DNA of 63,444 nucleotides, filler included, from Cercozoa sp. M6MM (GCA_040357565.1; 10 parts of 10 records of this genome joined end to end with filler, not necessarily neighbours in it); one strand, 5' to 3'. Counted from the first letter of the whole stretch, positions 13,152-26,458 are shown. The notes: a model not told the origin generated them from the letters alone. Program-made: numbers and translations.

Positions 13152-14543
13152 GATGGCCGCGTTTGACGGTGGTAGGTTGTTTTTCTGGTATTTCTGGCGT
13201 TTCACTGTTGGTTTTGAGCGTAGCCACCGTTTTGGAAGAGCGGTTGCTCGAAAAGGAAGCCCGGCGTGCTTCTGAGCGTTCTTCGTTGGTAGAATAGCGT
13301 GTGGCCTGTGTGCTTTGAGGTCAACTAAAAATCGGTTTTGCAGTTCTCGTCGCTCAAGGCGGCTTACAAGTCGGCAGAATTGCTGCAAGACGCAGAAGCT
13401 TCGTAAACTATTGTTTTCTGTGCTTTGAACGTTCCAACCGATCGATGTTGCTTGCAACTGGTGTGCAGGCGACGGGAGGTCGAATTGCCAGAAGATGCGC
13501 AAGCCATCCTTCACGAATTTTCGCAGCAAGACGAAACCGACGATGAAAGTCAGCGAAAAGAAGAGGAATCACCTGAGTTTTTGAGTCGAGGCGAAAAGGT
13601 TATTTTGGCGGCAGTGATGCGAATCCTGGTGCCACTTTCATTATGTGTTTTGGTCAGTTGGGGTCAGTTCAGTTTATTTTTCTTTGTGTGAAAACTGAAG
13701 GGCGGCGAAGCTTTGCCGCGCGACTACCGGCACCTCGGTCTGCTCATGTCGCTGCCGGACGAATTCGACGTGCAGGACGAAAGCAAAGGCGAAGAAGCGC
13801 AGTTGGAAGGCACTGAGTCGGACGGCATTGAGTCAGAAGGCACGAAGTCGGAAGGCGAGTTGCGCGGCCAGCGCATCTGGGCCGTGATAGATCGCGTGCT
13901 GCAAGAGCGACATATCGATCTGAGTCCTATCGCGGTAGCTTCCCTTTCCTCCTCTTTGTTCTGTGTTGGTGTACTGAATTTATGTCCCATAATTTAAATG
14001 TATGTACTGAATTTGTGTGCTTTTGTACTGTATTTCTGTACTGTGTGTACTGTATTGATGTGCCTATATACCGTATTAATATTCTGTCGTAATCTCCTAT
14101 CCCAATGTGCTGTAGGTACTGTATGTACAATATGTTTTATTGTACTATTTTATTGTACTATCTGTACTGTAATAATGTACTGTATTAATGTCTGATATTA
14201 ATACTATATTAATGTTCTGTACTGTATTTATGTACCCCTATACCCCTAGCTACACCCTCCACCTATACTGTGTTTATACCTCCCCCCGCAGACACCGCTG
14301 TCGTTGCGATGGCTGCACGAGTTGTCGACGGTGGGCGAGAGTGTGCACTCTGACTCGTCACTCGGCTACGTGAGCAACGCCATGCTGACGCGACTGCTGC
14401 GACGAGCGGCGGCGTGGCGCAACTGGGACGCAGCTGCACGTGTCGTGGAAACGCTCGGACTCCGCGTGGCGCAGATCCAGAGCGGCGAAATCGACGAACT
14501 TTCGCTGCGACGCGACGACACTGTGCTGCCGTCGTCGCCGGAG
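13152..14543 (+). CDS. Hypothetical multi-exon protein, 3' truncated
   Basis: GC-rich open exons (13425-13691, 13713-13935, 14291-14543) separated by GT-AG introns; helical WRNWDAAARVVETL segment. Confidence 0.5.
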
Positions 14544-15150
14544 GTTTACCCCTCTGTTTATCCCTCTCTCTGTTACCCCCCGTCCCCTGTTTACCCTCCC
14601 CTTACCCCCTCCCCCTGTTCCCTCCCCCTGTTTACCCCTCCCCCTGTTTACCCCTCCCTGTTTACCCTTCCCCCTGTCTACCCTCCTGTTTGTATCCACC
14701 TTACACTCCTGTTTACACCCCTGTTTACATCTTTAAATACTCTTATTGACACCCCTTTGAACACTAATTTTCCACCTTTAATACACCCCTTTTGTACCCC
14801 ATTTNNNNNNNNNNNNNNNNNNNNNNNNNNNNNNNNNNNNNNNNNNNNTTAATTAATTAANNNNNNNNNNNNNNNNNNNNNNNNNNNNNNNNNNNNNNNN
14901 NNNNCCAGAATCGCACCAGATATTGACCAAACTTTCGCACCGTACTTTACTGTGGTAATTTCATTTCTTCAGAACTTTCTGCAAAAATCGTGTAACCTGG
15001 GCCGACTTTCGACCACCAAACCACTGTCAAATTTAATAACTGACTGACTCTTCGATAGCTGGGACCGGAACGTCTGCTTTCTATCGTCGTCAGCCGACAA
15101 AACGGGATGTCAAAGTCACTGTCAGGCAGCCACCCGGCGGCGCTTCTCGC

Positions 15151-16025
15151 CTACACTATCGACACAGTCAGCGAAACGTGTGTGCCAGTAGTCAACAAAA
15201 GCAGACCAGATCACACACCAGCCTCGGCGTTTTCGGAGTTGACGAGTGGCTGTGCAACACCTACACGCAGAGTACCAACATACCAGGAGGAGTACAGCTG
15301 AGAGTGCAGTCGTACCTGTGCTACCAAAACCACCAGCACCCCGCGTCGTTTCTGGGAGTTCTTCGACCTGTCAACGTCACGAACAATCGAACCAACACCT
15401 CAAATAGCAAGGAGGGCAAGGAGCAGCACCTCATCGACGGGACACACAACGCAACGTTCAAGGATCAACTGGGCCACGCGATCGCCCTTGCTGACTGCGG
15501 ATACAATGTGACCAGAGAGGAGGCAAGAGAAGATCAAAATACCCTGGAAGTCTTCGTTGCTATGGTTGAAGAGAACGACGCCAACGTTGCCGCGGTAGTC
15601 GGCATCGATCACGCCCGCACCGACGTCGATGTGCTTCTTCCAGGCCAAGCCACTGCGTGGAGCAACACGACCTGCCCCAGATAAACGGCGAGTCAAGTAC
15701 ACAGGCACAGAAACGTTCACATTAAAGCTACCGTAGGTGCCTTCGGGAAGGGCAATTGCGAGATCAGTCTTTGCGATGCCCTTGCCTCCTGTGCGGTACT
15801 TCGTGTGCTTGATAATCTCTCCAACGGCACAGAATAGTACCGGCAGGAATAACGAGGTCGTGAGCAGCAGCCAGGTCGTAGCCAGCAGCACCTGCGCTGC
15901 CACGCACTGGCAACGTCGCCGCATCTGACAGACTGTCGCACACAAAGTACCAATCAGAGGTGGGAGGAATACACAAGAAGTCTGGCTGAGTACCGCTTCA
16001 CGAAAAGCTTGATCTGCGAAGACAT
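15151..16025 (-). CDS. DUT: dUTP pyrophosphatase (trimeric dUTPase)
   Basis: All five motifs present after splicing: [48 protein letters not shown]. Confidence 0.97.
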
Positions 16026-16399
16026 CGGTTTTCTGAAAGTATTACTATCAACTCAATCACACTACGTGTTGACTGTAGTTTGAGGCGCCTTTCCTAATAT
16101 TGTTGCCAAAAGTAGTACAGTTTAGTACAAATTGACATTTTCTTAAAATTATACTCTGCCTGCAGTGCAACAGAAGCGCAGTTTTTAAGGCTATTCGGCT
16201 GGCTTTATTGTATGTATTGATTGTATGATGTGCCATGAGGACCGATTTCACCATACTAAACACAATTCAGAATTTTGCTTGCGTTTTTATTATCCATAGC
16301 TGTGCTGTTTTGGTCATAGCCACGCCACCCAAGCAGCGACCGCGTTAGAAGTCATCTTTATCGGCGTACTCTTTTGTGCTTTCCAATGCCTCCTGCAAA

Positions 16400-17299
16400 A
16401 GACGAGATTATCACATCAAATCGGCTGCACACTGCATTTTTTCGTTGCGTTGGTGCAAGTGTACCCGAAAGGCGGCGTGCGCACGGCGCAGCGCATACGA
16501 CACTCGGCGACTGCCGCCGGGAAGTGTGCTTGGAGATATAACGAAGCGCCGCAACAGACGCGTCTGTTTCCACACGGAGTAAAACAGATAGCATGGGAGC
16601 TGGTAGAGTACCTTGCCCTGCATGTCCTCGCGCGCACCAACGGGTTTGCTGCACAGAGTGTACACATCAGGCAGTACAACGAAGACAGAAACAAGAAGAG
16701 CTACAGGTCGAGTGACTCCTCGTCCGATGCTTCATCCTGAGGGAGGTGTCGCACATTGAGCCTAAATCCAGACACACAGGCAGACGGGTAGAAGGTCAGA
16801 GAGATGGTCAAAAGGAGGTCGGGTACCTGCGAATCTCTTGCTCGAATATCTGGGAAATCGAGGGGAACGCTGAGTCAATGACACCGTCGGCGGTCGAACG
16901 GACAGAAGTTTCACACGTGTCAACGATACTCGAGACAGTGCTCGTCTCGTCCTTTTTATCTTCGAGTGATATGTCGTAGCTCTCACTCTCACTCTCACTC
17001 TCACTGTCGTCGTTATCACTGTTGTTGCCGCTGTTGTTGTGGCTGTTGTTGCCATCGCTGTTGTTGTTGTTGTTGCCATCGCTGTTGTTGTGGTTGTTGT
17101 TGCCATCGCTGTTGTTGTTTTCGCTGTTTTTGTCGTCGTCGTCGTTGCTGTTGTTGTCGTCACTGATAGCGACAACAGGATCACTCAACACCGGGTCAGG
17201 AACTGTCACTGGTTGGCACTGTATCCATAGCGTCTTCAAGTACTTGCGCAGACCACGTGCGTTTCGCTACAACATTACAATGCCACACAGAACGCATAC

Positions 17300-17362
<63 letters not shown>

Positions 17363-18463
17363 ATGTACCTGTAAAAATGTACCTGTAAAACAAGGCGACG
17401 GATTTTCTTGACGTCATTGTAGGCAAGCCGCGTCTCCACGTACCTACGAATCGTTGCATCACGGTCTGTTACAGTCAGGAAAATTGCCTATAGTCTCAGT
17501 GTACTGCCGGGCGAGTACAATTTTCGTATGACTCGGGTACAACACGCGTCTCCTTCTGCAGGCAAGTCCATACTTGGACACAGACACACTCAGCGATAAC
17601 GCACCGACACTCTTTGATCACGTGGTCGATGCTTTCAGTTTCAGTGACTGTCTGACACACGTCTTTAAACAAAACAAGAAGAACAACAGGCCTAGAGAGT
17701 CTACCGAACGTGAGTTGGCACAACCGACACTGCCACGCGTGCAGTGGCACCCCATGACGGTTCGGGTACTTGGTGCCGCACTTCAACACGTGGGCGATTA
17801 TCTTGTTCTCCAGTACTCTGGTTTCGCTAAGCAGCATGACGGTACTGTACATTAAGCGGACTGAGATTATAGGAAGGAAGGATACCATAGGGGACAAGTG
17901 AGTCGCCTGCGCGCACGTGGCTTTGGTGCGTACTCACTTTTCTGCAGAACAACCATTTATAACATCAGGCTGACAGAGAAGGCACACAACAACAACAACA
18001 AAACAACAACACAGACAACAGAACATACGTCCATGGTACGTCGAGCATGATGCGTTGCGTGAGGTACGAAATGTGTATGAGGCCGCGCTGCCATAACGGG
18101 TGCGCGGAGGGCGTGCTGCACAGGGTGCGACTGCGGAGACGCCCGCTGTACGTAGGCAGGTACCGAGGAGGGTGCCAATCTTGGCAGTGCTGCCGGTTGC
18201 CACGGACGTGTCACGTAGCGTCTGCCGTAGTGTTCGTGCTGTTGTTGCTGCAGCTGCTGCTCTTGATGATGGTGTTGCGGTTGTTGTTGGTGCTGTTGCC
18301 GCAGTTGTTGTTGGTGTTGTTGATGTTGATGCGATTGTTGTTGGTGCTGTTGATAGAGCATCTGCTGGTTGTACGCCTGTTGCTGATAGTATTGACGCTG
18401 CATCTGTTCGTAGTACTGAGTACTCGGGTGGCGGGAAGGCAAACCCCCCTGACCACCTCTCAT
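16400..18463 (-). CDS. Hypothetical protein with Gln-rich N-terminus and Asn/Asp/Ser-rich region (multi-exon, 3' end uncertain)
   Basis: ORFs 17957-18463 (polyQ), 17496-17897 and 16808-17239 (NNNSDG repeats) lie on the same strand with intron-like gaps. Confidence 0.5.
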
Positions 18464-18714
18464 CGAAATAGTACGATCGTATCACGAGGCCTGCACAAGC
18501 GAAGTAAACGGACTACCCTAACAAATATTTGAATCATCCGAGTACCTGAAGTAGCACATACATGCGCGCACCCCATGAAGCTACGCACACCTCACGATCT
18601 CAGCGATTCCCATGGAGCGCTGCCCGAACAAAAAACAAGATCAAAAAGTCGTTTAAAGACAATACACGGAAAAGTAGAGGCGACCGGCTTCAAGTTGTGC
18701 TAATACCCGCTAAA

Positions 18715-21700
18715 ATGCAGGAGCAGGTCGCGATTGTCGATGCGGGCTCGCAATTTGGCAAACTGATCGATCGGTATTGTGCTCCATCCCTGACGCAGTT
18801 GCTTTCTTGTGTGCGCAGTGTGAATTTGTGTGCAGACGTGTTCGCGAACTTGGCGTGAAAACTGTGCTTTTGACGGTATTGCCAACTGTGAGGGTAAGGA
18901 GGGAACTGTGCTATTGGCTTTCTGTTGGCAGTTTGACACGCCGGCGGAGCAGCTGAGTCAGTATGGCGCCATCATCGTCTCAGGTAGTGTCGCGATGATG
19001 TCTCTCGTGTCTGGGATCATTTGGTACCATTTTGGACACGCACAGGTGGTCCTGAAAGTGTGACTGCCGACGGTGCACCTGCACTGGGTACACATGTCTC
19101 CTTGCCCCTTGCCCCCCCCCCCCTGCTTAGTATCATCCTTAGGTGCCGACACGTGGGCCGCACTGCAGCAGACGCCCGTGCTAGGAATCTGCTACGGCAT
19201 GCAGCTGATGGTACCACTGGCACCTGTCAACTGACTGGCACGTGTCAAGTGTCAAGTGATTAGGTACACGAGCTGGGTGGCACTGTGGAGAACACGGGTC
19301 ACCGCGAGGACGGTCAGCACTCGCTCAAATTCGTGGCAGCTGATCCGCTCTTGTACTTTACTCTCCCCCCATCCCCAACCCCTGTCCCTCTGCCCTCTGT
19401 CCCTTTGCTTCTACCTTTGCCCTACCTTTGTCCTCCCCTTACCCCTACCTCCTGACCCTTCCCCCACCCGGCAGCAAGGGAGTTCCGGCGGACACGGAGG
19501 TGCTGCTGACGCACGGGGACTCGGTGACAGGCGTGCCACGTGCGCTCACTGTGACGGTGTCCTCAGTCATTGTTCCCAGTCAGTTGGCACGTGTCAACTG
19601 CGCAGTGCTGAGTGTGCGTAGGCCAAGTCGGAGAACGGTGTGATTGCTGCGGTGCGACACTTGGAGTACCAATGGCACGGCGTGCAGTTCCACCCGTACG
19701 CCGATCCATACCCCCCTGTTTACCCCCCTGTTTACCTCCCTGTTTACCCCCCTCTTAACTCCCTCTTAACTCCCTCTTACCCCTTCTTGAGACAGCGAAG
19801 TGCAGCTGTCGGTGCACGGCGAGGTCATGCTGCGCAACTTTGTGTTCGACGTGGCCGCACTCAGCGTCAACTTTTCGCTCGAGTCTCGACACGTCGCCGC
19901 CGTCGCTGCCTTGTCCAAGGTGAGGACTTTACCCCCCCCCCCTTGACCCTTGACCCCCTTCCTCTTTACCCCTCTGCAGATCAATCAGCCAGTGCTGGTG
20001 CTGTGTAGTGGCGGTGTCGACTCCACGGTGGTAGCACTTGCTCTTACCCCCTAACCCCCTTTACCCCCCTTTGCCCTCGCTCGAATGCAGTGTGCTGCGT
20101 TGCTGCACGAAGCGCTGCCTGCCGAGCAGATTAAAGCGTTGCATGTGGTATGGATATTATCCCCCCTTCCCCCTCTTACCCTCTTACCCCCCGCAGGACA
20201 CTGGTTTCATGCGCGAAAACGAGAGTGACGAGGTGGCGCAGGCACTGCGTGCTATTGGTACCTATTCCCACGTGGTGACTGGGGTGGTCACTTTGGGTGC
20301 TCACATGGATGGTCACATGGGTGGTCACATATTGAGTGGCTACTTGGGGCAGGCGTGCCACTCAAAGTGGTCAACAGCGAGACCGACTTTCTCGCCGCTG
20401 TCGGCGACGGCGTCGATCCCGAAAAAAAGCGGCACGCCATCGGCGACACCTTCATGGTGCCTTACCCCCTTTTACCCCCTAGCCCATCTACCCCCTCGAA
20501 TACAGGAAGTGGCAGAGCGTGCGATCCACGAGTTCTGGCCGGAGTTGGATGCCGACAATGTCGTGCTGTGTCAAGTGGGTTTACCCCCCCCCCCCCCACC
20601 CCCTCCCGCGATAGTCTCTTGTGAATGTAGGGCACGTTGCGACCGGACTTGATCGAAAGTGCCAATGCGTACACTCCCTACTCCCTTCCCCCTCCTCTAA
20701 CCTTTACCCTTATTCCCTTACCCCCTAAAGTCAACTCGCCAGCGCAAAAGCTGCTTGCATCAAGACGCATCATAACGTAGACTCTTTTACCCCACCCCCA
20801 ACCCCAACCCCCTACCTGCTTGTGTATTAGGACACTCACCTTGTGCGTGTGTTGCGAGCTAAGGTAGTTTTGCCCTCCCTCCTCCCCTCATTGTTACCCC
20901 TCCCTTGTGGTACCCCCTATGGTAGGGCCGCGTGGTAGAGCCACTGCAGGAGTTGCACAAGGACGAGGTGCGCCTGCTGGGACGCTCGCTGGCTCTGCCG
21001 GAACATTTGGTGCAGCGGCAGCCCTTCCCGGGTCCTGGACTCGCGATTCGACTGTGTACTTTACCCCTTTTACCTCCTTATCCCCTCTTACCCCTTACCT
21101 CCTCTTACCTCCTCTTACCCCCCCCCCCCCCCCCGAGACAGTGTGCGCCACCGAGCCCTACGTGCCGTCGAATGCGACGGAAATCATCGACTTGGCCAAT
21201 CAGTGCTGCCGCGACTTTGTACTGCCTCTTTGTACGGTCTATATGTACGGTCCGTACGGTCCATGTGTACATGTGCCATAGGGCGATATTGCAAGAGCAC
21301 ATCTGCTTCCTGTGCGCACTGTTGGCGTGTGCGTCTCCTTTACCCCCAGCCCCTTAGCTCCTTTACCCCTTCCCCGGTGTAGTCAAGGCGACAGTCGTTC
21401 CTACGCGTCGCTCGTCGCACTGGAACTGACGGCGCCTGTGTCCGGTGCTTTGACTTTAAACACCCCCTTTTACTCCCTTTACCCTCTTTACGCCCCCCCC
21501 CCCCCCCCAGGAGTGAGTGAGATCGAGTGGCCGCGTCTGCTGAAACTGGCGCGCGCCATTCCGCGCCGCGTCGCCGTCAATCGCGTTGTTCTGATGTAGT
21601 CTCTCCCTTAATTAAATGACCTCTTCCTTAACTTAAGGGAGTGTGCACAGTATGCCCAACGAACAGGGCGTCCATGGTGACTGGCAGCGCTGGCTCACGC

Positions 21701-22168
21701 CGAGCACGATGACGCCTCAGGCGCTGCGGCAGCTGCAACGTGCCGACAGGTGCGACTTTGTCCCCCTTTTGACCTCCTCTTTATGCCCATACCCTCACCC
21801 CTCAGTGTGGTGAACGACACGCTCGCCAAGCATGCCTTGTTGCGCAAACTGTCGCAGGTGCCGGTGGTGTCCTTCCCCTGCAGTTTCGGGTACCGTAGCT
21901 ACACTGCTTCTTTCATTAAAGGGGCGCTCTTAAGTGAGTCTGCTGTGTTTAGCATTGAAGAGAAGCGCAGCGTGGCCATTCGCACCTTTGTGACCACAGA
22001 CTTTATGACCGGCCGTCCTGCCCTGCCTGTATCAGAATATGCATGTATCGAAGTGTATGAGTGTTAAAGTACTGGTATAGGAGTGTAGATGTACCAGTAT
22101 ATTGAATATCTGTATTACGTTTTGCACATAGGGCACGGACTACATGCCGTTCGAAGCCTTGCAGGAGA
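18715..22168 (+). CDS. GMPS: GMP synthase (glutamine-hydrolysing), about 26 introns, extreme 3' end lost at contig break
   Basis: [104 protein letters not shown] and DFMTG. Confidence 0.97.
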
Positions 22169-22177
22169 GTAAAACCG

Positions 22178-22217
<40 letters not shown>

Positions 22218-22383
22218 NNNNNNNNNNNNNNNNNNNNNNNNNNNNNNNNNNNNNNNNNNNNTTAATTAATTAANNNNNNNNNNNNNNNNNNNNNNNNNNN
22301 NNNNNNNNNNNNNNNNNGTGTTTGTGTGTCTGTGTCTGTGTGTCTGTGTCTGTGTGTCTGTGTCTGTGTCTGTGTCTGTGTCT

Positions 22384-22435
<52 letters not shown>

Positions 22436-22436
22436 T

Positions 22437-23150
22437 ATAGAAAGCAGAACCAGCACGCTCCTTTTGAGTGGCCGACATTTTGCCAGACTTTTTCTGGTCG
22501 AGTCGTTGTCGCACAACTCTCGGCAGCGCCAGCTGCGTCAACACGCGCTCGCACAACACGCGCTCATCTGTGGAGATGAAGATGGGTAAAGTAAAGGGAA
22601 ATACGGGGACAAGCAAAGCGAAAGCACCACCCTTGGTTTTTTGCACAATGCGAGCATCGACAATTGCGACACAACCCGGGACTGCCCTTGCCTACATTAA
22701 CAAACGGTACACAAGGCACATTGCCGGCATGAGCGGGGGCAACACCTTGAGAATATCCTTGATGAGTGACCGCTTGCCTAAGATCAGAGATACACACAAA
22801 TGCAAACACAAATGCAAAACACAAAACCGTGCGTGTTTGTATGCGCGCATCTGAGTATACCTGTGTGCGGTGGTCCGGTGCACCAGACATGTGGTGCACC
22901 GCATCGCGGTTGCAGCAAAGATACTAAGGCACACATGTACACTCCATGATAGACACTTGATCTCTAGTACCAAGACGATCGATGCACTCATCACGTGCCA
23001 CCCAGCGCAGTTTCAGCGCCGCCACGACGTCTCCTGCCTGCATACACAGAGTCTCTCTCTCACACACACACATACATCGGGAAGGCAGGTAGATAATACG
23101 TTGGCATGCAAGGTGCCATTCACTCGCTTCCCCACGCGAGTCTGAGTCAT
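22437..23150 (-). CDS. Hypothetical protein, 5' exons only (truncated at contig end)
   Basis: Candidate ATG near 23150 (MTQTRVGKR) and several exon-like blocks bounded by GT/AG; no family recognised. Confidence 0.4.
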
Positions 23151-23409
23151 CTGCTGTGTATAATCACACCCGCGGGGTCGATCCACTGTAATCGCTACAG
23201 CAACACAACAGCACGCCCGTGGGGTGCCAAATCCGACGACTAAGTCGTACTGTACTGTACGAACAATACTCGTCCGGTCAGTCCAATTTGTAAAAAATAA
23301 TAATCAGTCCCGGCATTCACCGGTTTCCCGTGAACGAAACGACAGCGCCGCACCCCTCCGTTGGAGTTGTTAAAGTCATTGGAGCCCGCTCGCACCCTCA
23401 AACCTCATC

Positions 23410-24454
23410 ATGGACGTATGTTAAACTTGGCGTGTTTTCCTATTTTGCCTTTTCTGTGGTTTTGCGACGCACCGTTAAGGGCCTGTGTGGTGCAAGTTGT
23501 GTGCGTGGTAACGTGTGCCTGCGCATGCAACTAATGCACGGGCCCCGGCTCATTTTTTTGTTTTCTTTGATTTGTTTTTGATTTTCTTGATTTGTTAGGT
23601 ATCGTTTTCGTTTTTCTTGCTCAGAGCAAGAAGATGTCGCGTTTGGAGAAGAAGTCGCGCCAGGTAAACCTGTTTTTTGTGGCTTTAGCCCTGTTTTCAA
23701 ATTCTGGCTATGTAGGCCCTCAAGGGCATGGGCATGGTCTCGGTCCCGGGCTTTGTCCGTGTTACGATGAAGGTACGGCGTGCTGTTGCTTATGCGTGTT
23801 ATACGTGTATGCGTCATCAGTTATTATGCAATATGGTTGCAGAACTCGCGTGGCATCCTGTTCGTGATCGCCAAGCCGGAGGTTTTCAAGAGCACCGCCT
23901 CGGACACGTACTGCGTGTTCGGCAAGGCCGAGATCGAGGACCTCAACCAGGTACACACTTTTCCTATCCCCTGACCCAGCTAATCGGTTGCTCACAAACT
24001 GCAGATGGCGCAAAACCTCATGGCCCAGCGCTTCGCCAAACAGGCCCCGCAGGCTGAGTCTGGTATATACGTATCTATCTATATGTCATGCATGTATCTT
24101 CCCAGTCATCTACCATCCAACTTCCAACCCCAATCTTCCAACCCAAATTCCGCCTTGCTTCCAGTCACGGCCGCTGCCGCTGATGCCGGTGAGCAGGACT
24201 TTGACGAGGACACTGTCCAGATGGTGTGTTCCCAATTTAAAGTTCCCAATTTTAAACAATTTCATGTGCCGAGTAATCGATTTTGCACGCTTCAAGTAGG
24301 TTATGGGCGAGGCTTCGGTCGATCGTGAGGTACGAAAACCCCGAACTTCGAAGTTTCTGGGGATGTTTTCTATTTTGTTTTGCAGACAGCGGTTAAGTCG
24401 CTCCAGGAGAACGGCGGTGACATGCTCAACGCCATCCTTGCTCTGCAATCCTAA
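23410..24454 (+). CDS. NACA: Nascent polypeptide-associated complex subunit alpha
   Basis: [55 protein letters not shown] and C-terminal [22 protein letters not shown]; 7 introns. Confidence 0.96.
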
Positions 24455-25381
24455 CCTCTCTATAGCCGCCCCGCGTCGTCGGGAGATTTTCCGTTCGGTC
24501 ACCTTAGGTTACTCCTTGAGCGCAGCACCCTTATAACACGCGCTCTGGGAAGTTGTTACTGACGGTTGTCAGTGAAAAGAACCCTACTGGGTTCTTACGT
24601 CAAACTAGACGGAGTTGTAGACGGAATCTTCTGTCACGGGGAAAATCGTGAGAGGATTAAACGAAAAAACCTTCTCTCTACAGATTTCTTTCACAAATGC
24701 ACGCCACATATGTCCGTTGTTTTCTCCGCGAAGCACAGACGACACATTAAATGCGAGGCCATCGGCATTCATTCCTACAAGAATTAACAATTTAATAAAT
24801 CCCTTGTATCAGTTTGAACACAACTGTAATCGGAATCACGAATCCAGTACTCATCCGCCAGCGCCGGCCATGTTTCGCTTGTCGACAGCGAGAACGGCGT
24901 AAAAAAAGTCATGTGGTTGACGATTCGCTATTTTCGATGCTTCGCAGTTCTTGCAGCGGGTGAATCTTGTTAAACAGTTCAAGAACGTTGGAGGACGCTG
25001 TGCCAAGACCACTCCCACCTAACAGGCGACCTACGTCACCGGATAGAACAGATAGTCACATGGAAAAGCGAACTAGCAAGACATCGAGTTAACCGAGCCA
25101 CGAACCCAGCACCGGCGACGAAAAGTGCTTCGTCTTCTTATAATTCGCTCTGAAACAGAGGGAGGTACGAAAAGCACTCACTCCGAACACTCGCCCCCTT
25201 AAAAGGTACGAAAACAGCATCCGAGCACTCGCCCTTTGAGCCAATCACCGCACAGTACAGTACAACAGTCTGTACAGTCTACTACTTACAATTGTACTAC
25301 TTGTGCAAGTCTCGTTCTACTGCAGTAGACTTTAACTGCTTCGTGGCCTGCACTGTGGCCTTGCATCGTGAAAAACCGATC

Positions 25382-26380
25382 ATGGATTTGCCTCGTGTGA
25401 GCAAGTTTTTGTGGTACGATAAGTCTTTGTTGGCACCTGTCGTCGAATGTGATGCCCTTGCGTGTTGCTCTTTTATGTACGGTGTTGTAGCTGCATCGAC
25501 ATGCGCATTGGCGTCTTTGTCATCGGTACAGCGCCTGTCCTTCTCCCCTCGCAATTTTTTTTATCTTGACCGCCTTTTAACCGCCACAGCCTTTTTGGAC
25601 TTTCTTTTCGCCTTGCTTGCCTTTTTGGGTACCTCCTTTGACATTGTGACGCTCGTCTTCTTCATTTTTGTGCTGTTCGCGACGTTTGCCGGTAAATCCG
25701 TTCATCCATGTGAATTCATGCGTGCTGGCTGTCATCGCGCTTGGTAACAGGCGTCTACGGCGCGAACAAAAAGTCACCGAAGCACCTCTGGTACAGATTG
25801 TTTTAATGTGTCTGCGCGTGTGCGTAGGTGTGTATGTGTCTGTGGAGTAGGTACTACCAGATTTGGCGCGCGATCGTCGTGCTGTACTACGCCATCCTCT
25901 TGGTAATTTCCGCTCGTTTTGTTTCTAGGACTCGCATCTGCATACACTGATTTTAGGTGCTGTTCCTCGTCGATCCGAAGTACTCGTGCAAGAAGGCCAG
26001 CTGGTACTGTGCAGTTTTGGCCGCGGACGTTTCACCTACTATTGTAGATGATGGTTCGTTCGCTTGTTGCTGCAGGTGGTCGGGCAAGTGCGATAGCGAC
26101 TGGACGCTGTTTGGCGCGCTGTGGTTTTCGTTCGTGCTCTTTGCAATGTTCTACTTTCTGTGTACGTTGTCTCGGCACTCCATATTTGTCTGGCACCTGT
26201 TTGTCTGGTTTGTCCAATTGATTTGGACGTTATGCGATTGAACAGGCTGTGTATCTTCACTGCGCAAGGCGGGTGGGAGCGGATTTTTTACCAAACTCCT
26301 TGGCTAGGCGAGAGCGTGATTGCAATTGGCATGGCCGACGCGAAGTTGGTTGCAGCTTTGCCGTAAAGTTATTGTAAAAA
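25382..26380 (+). CDS. Small multi-pass (about 4 TM) membrane protein
   Basis: Spliced MDLPRVSKFLCCIDMRIGVFVIAFLDFLFALL..., with further hydrophobic exons; 3' end approximate. Confidence 0.65.
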
Positions 26381-26458
26381 TAGGTTGTATCGACAATTTC
26401 TGTGGCTTACGTTCGTTATATTCGATTCTATGGCACGGTGGTGCGGTGATACAGTTAA

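Noticed and set aside
15151-22168. Nucleotide-metabolism gene cluster (dUTPase plus GMP synthase) or viral origin of the dUTPase
   Set aside because: Only two genes, separated by an unrelated gene; the dUTPase has ordinary introns and no viral neighbours.
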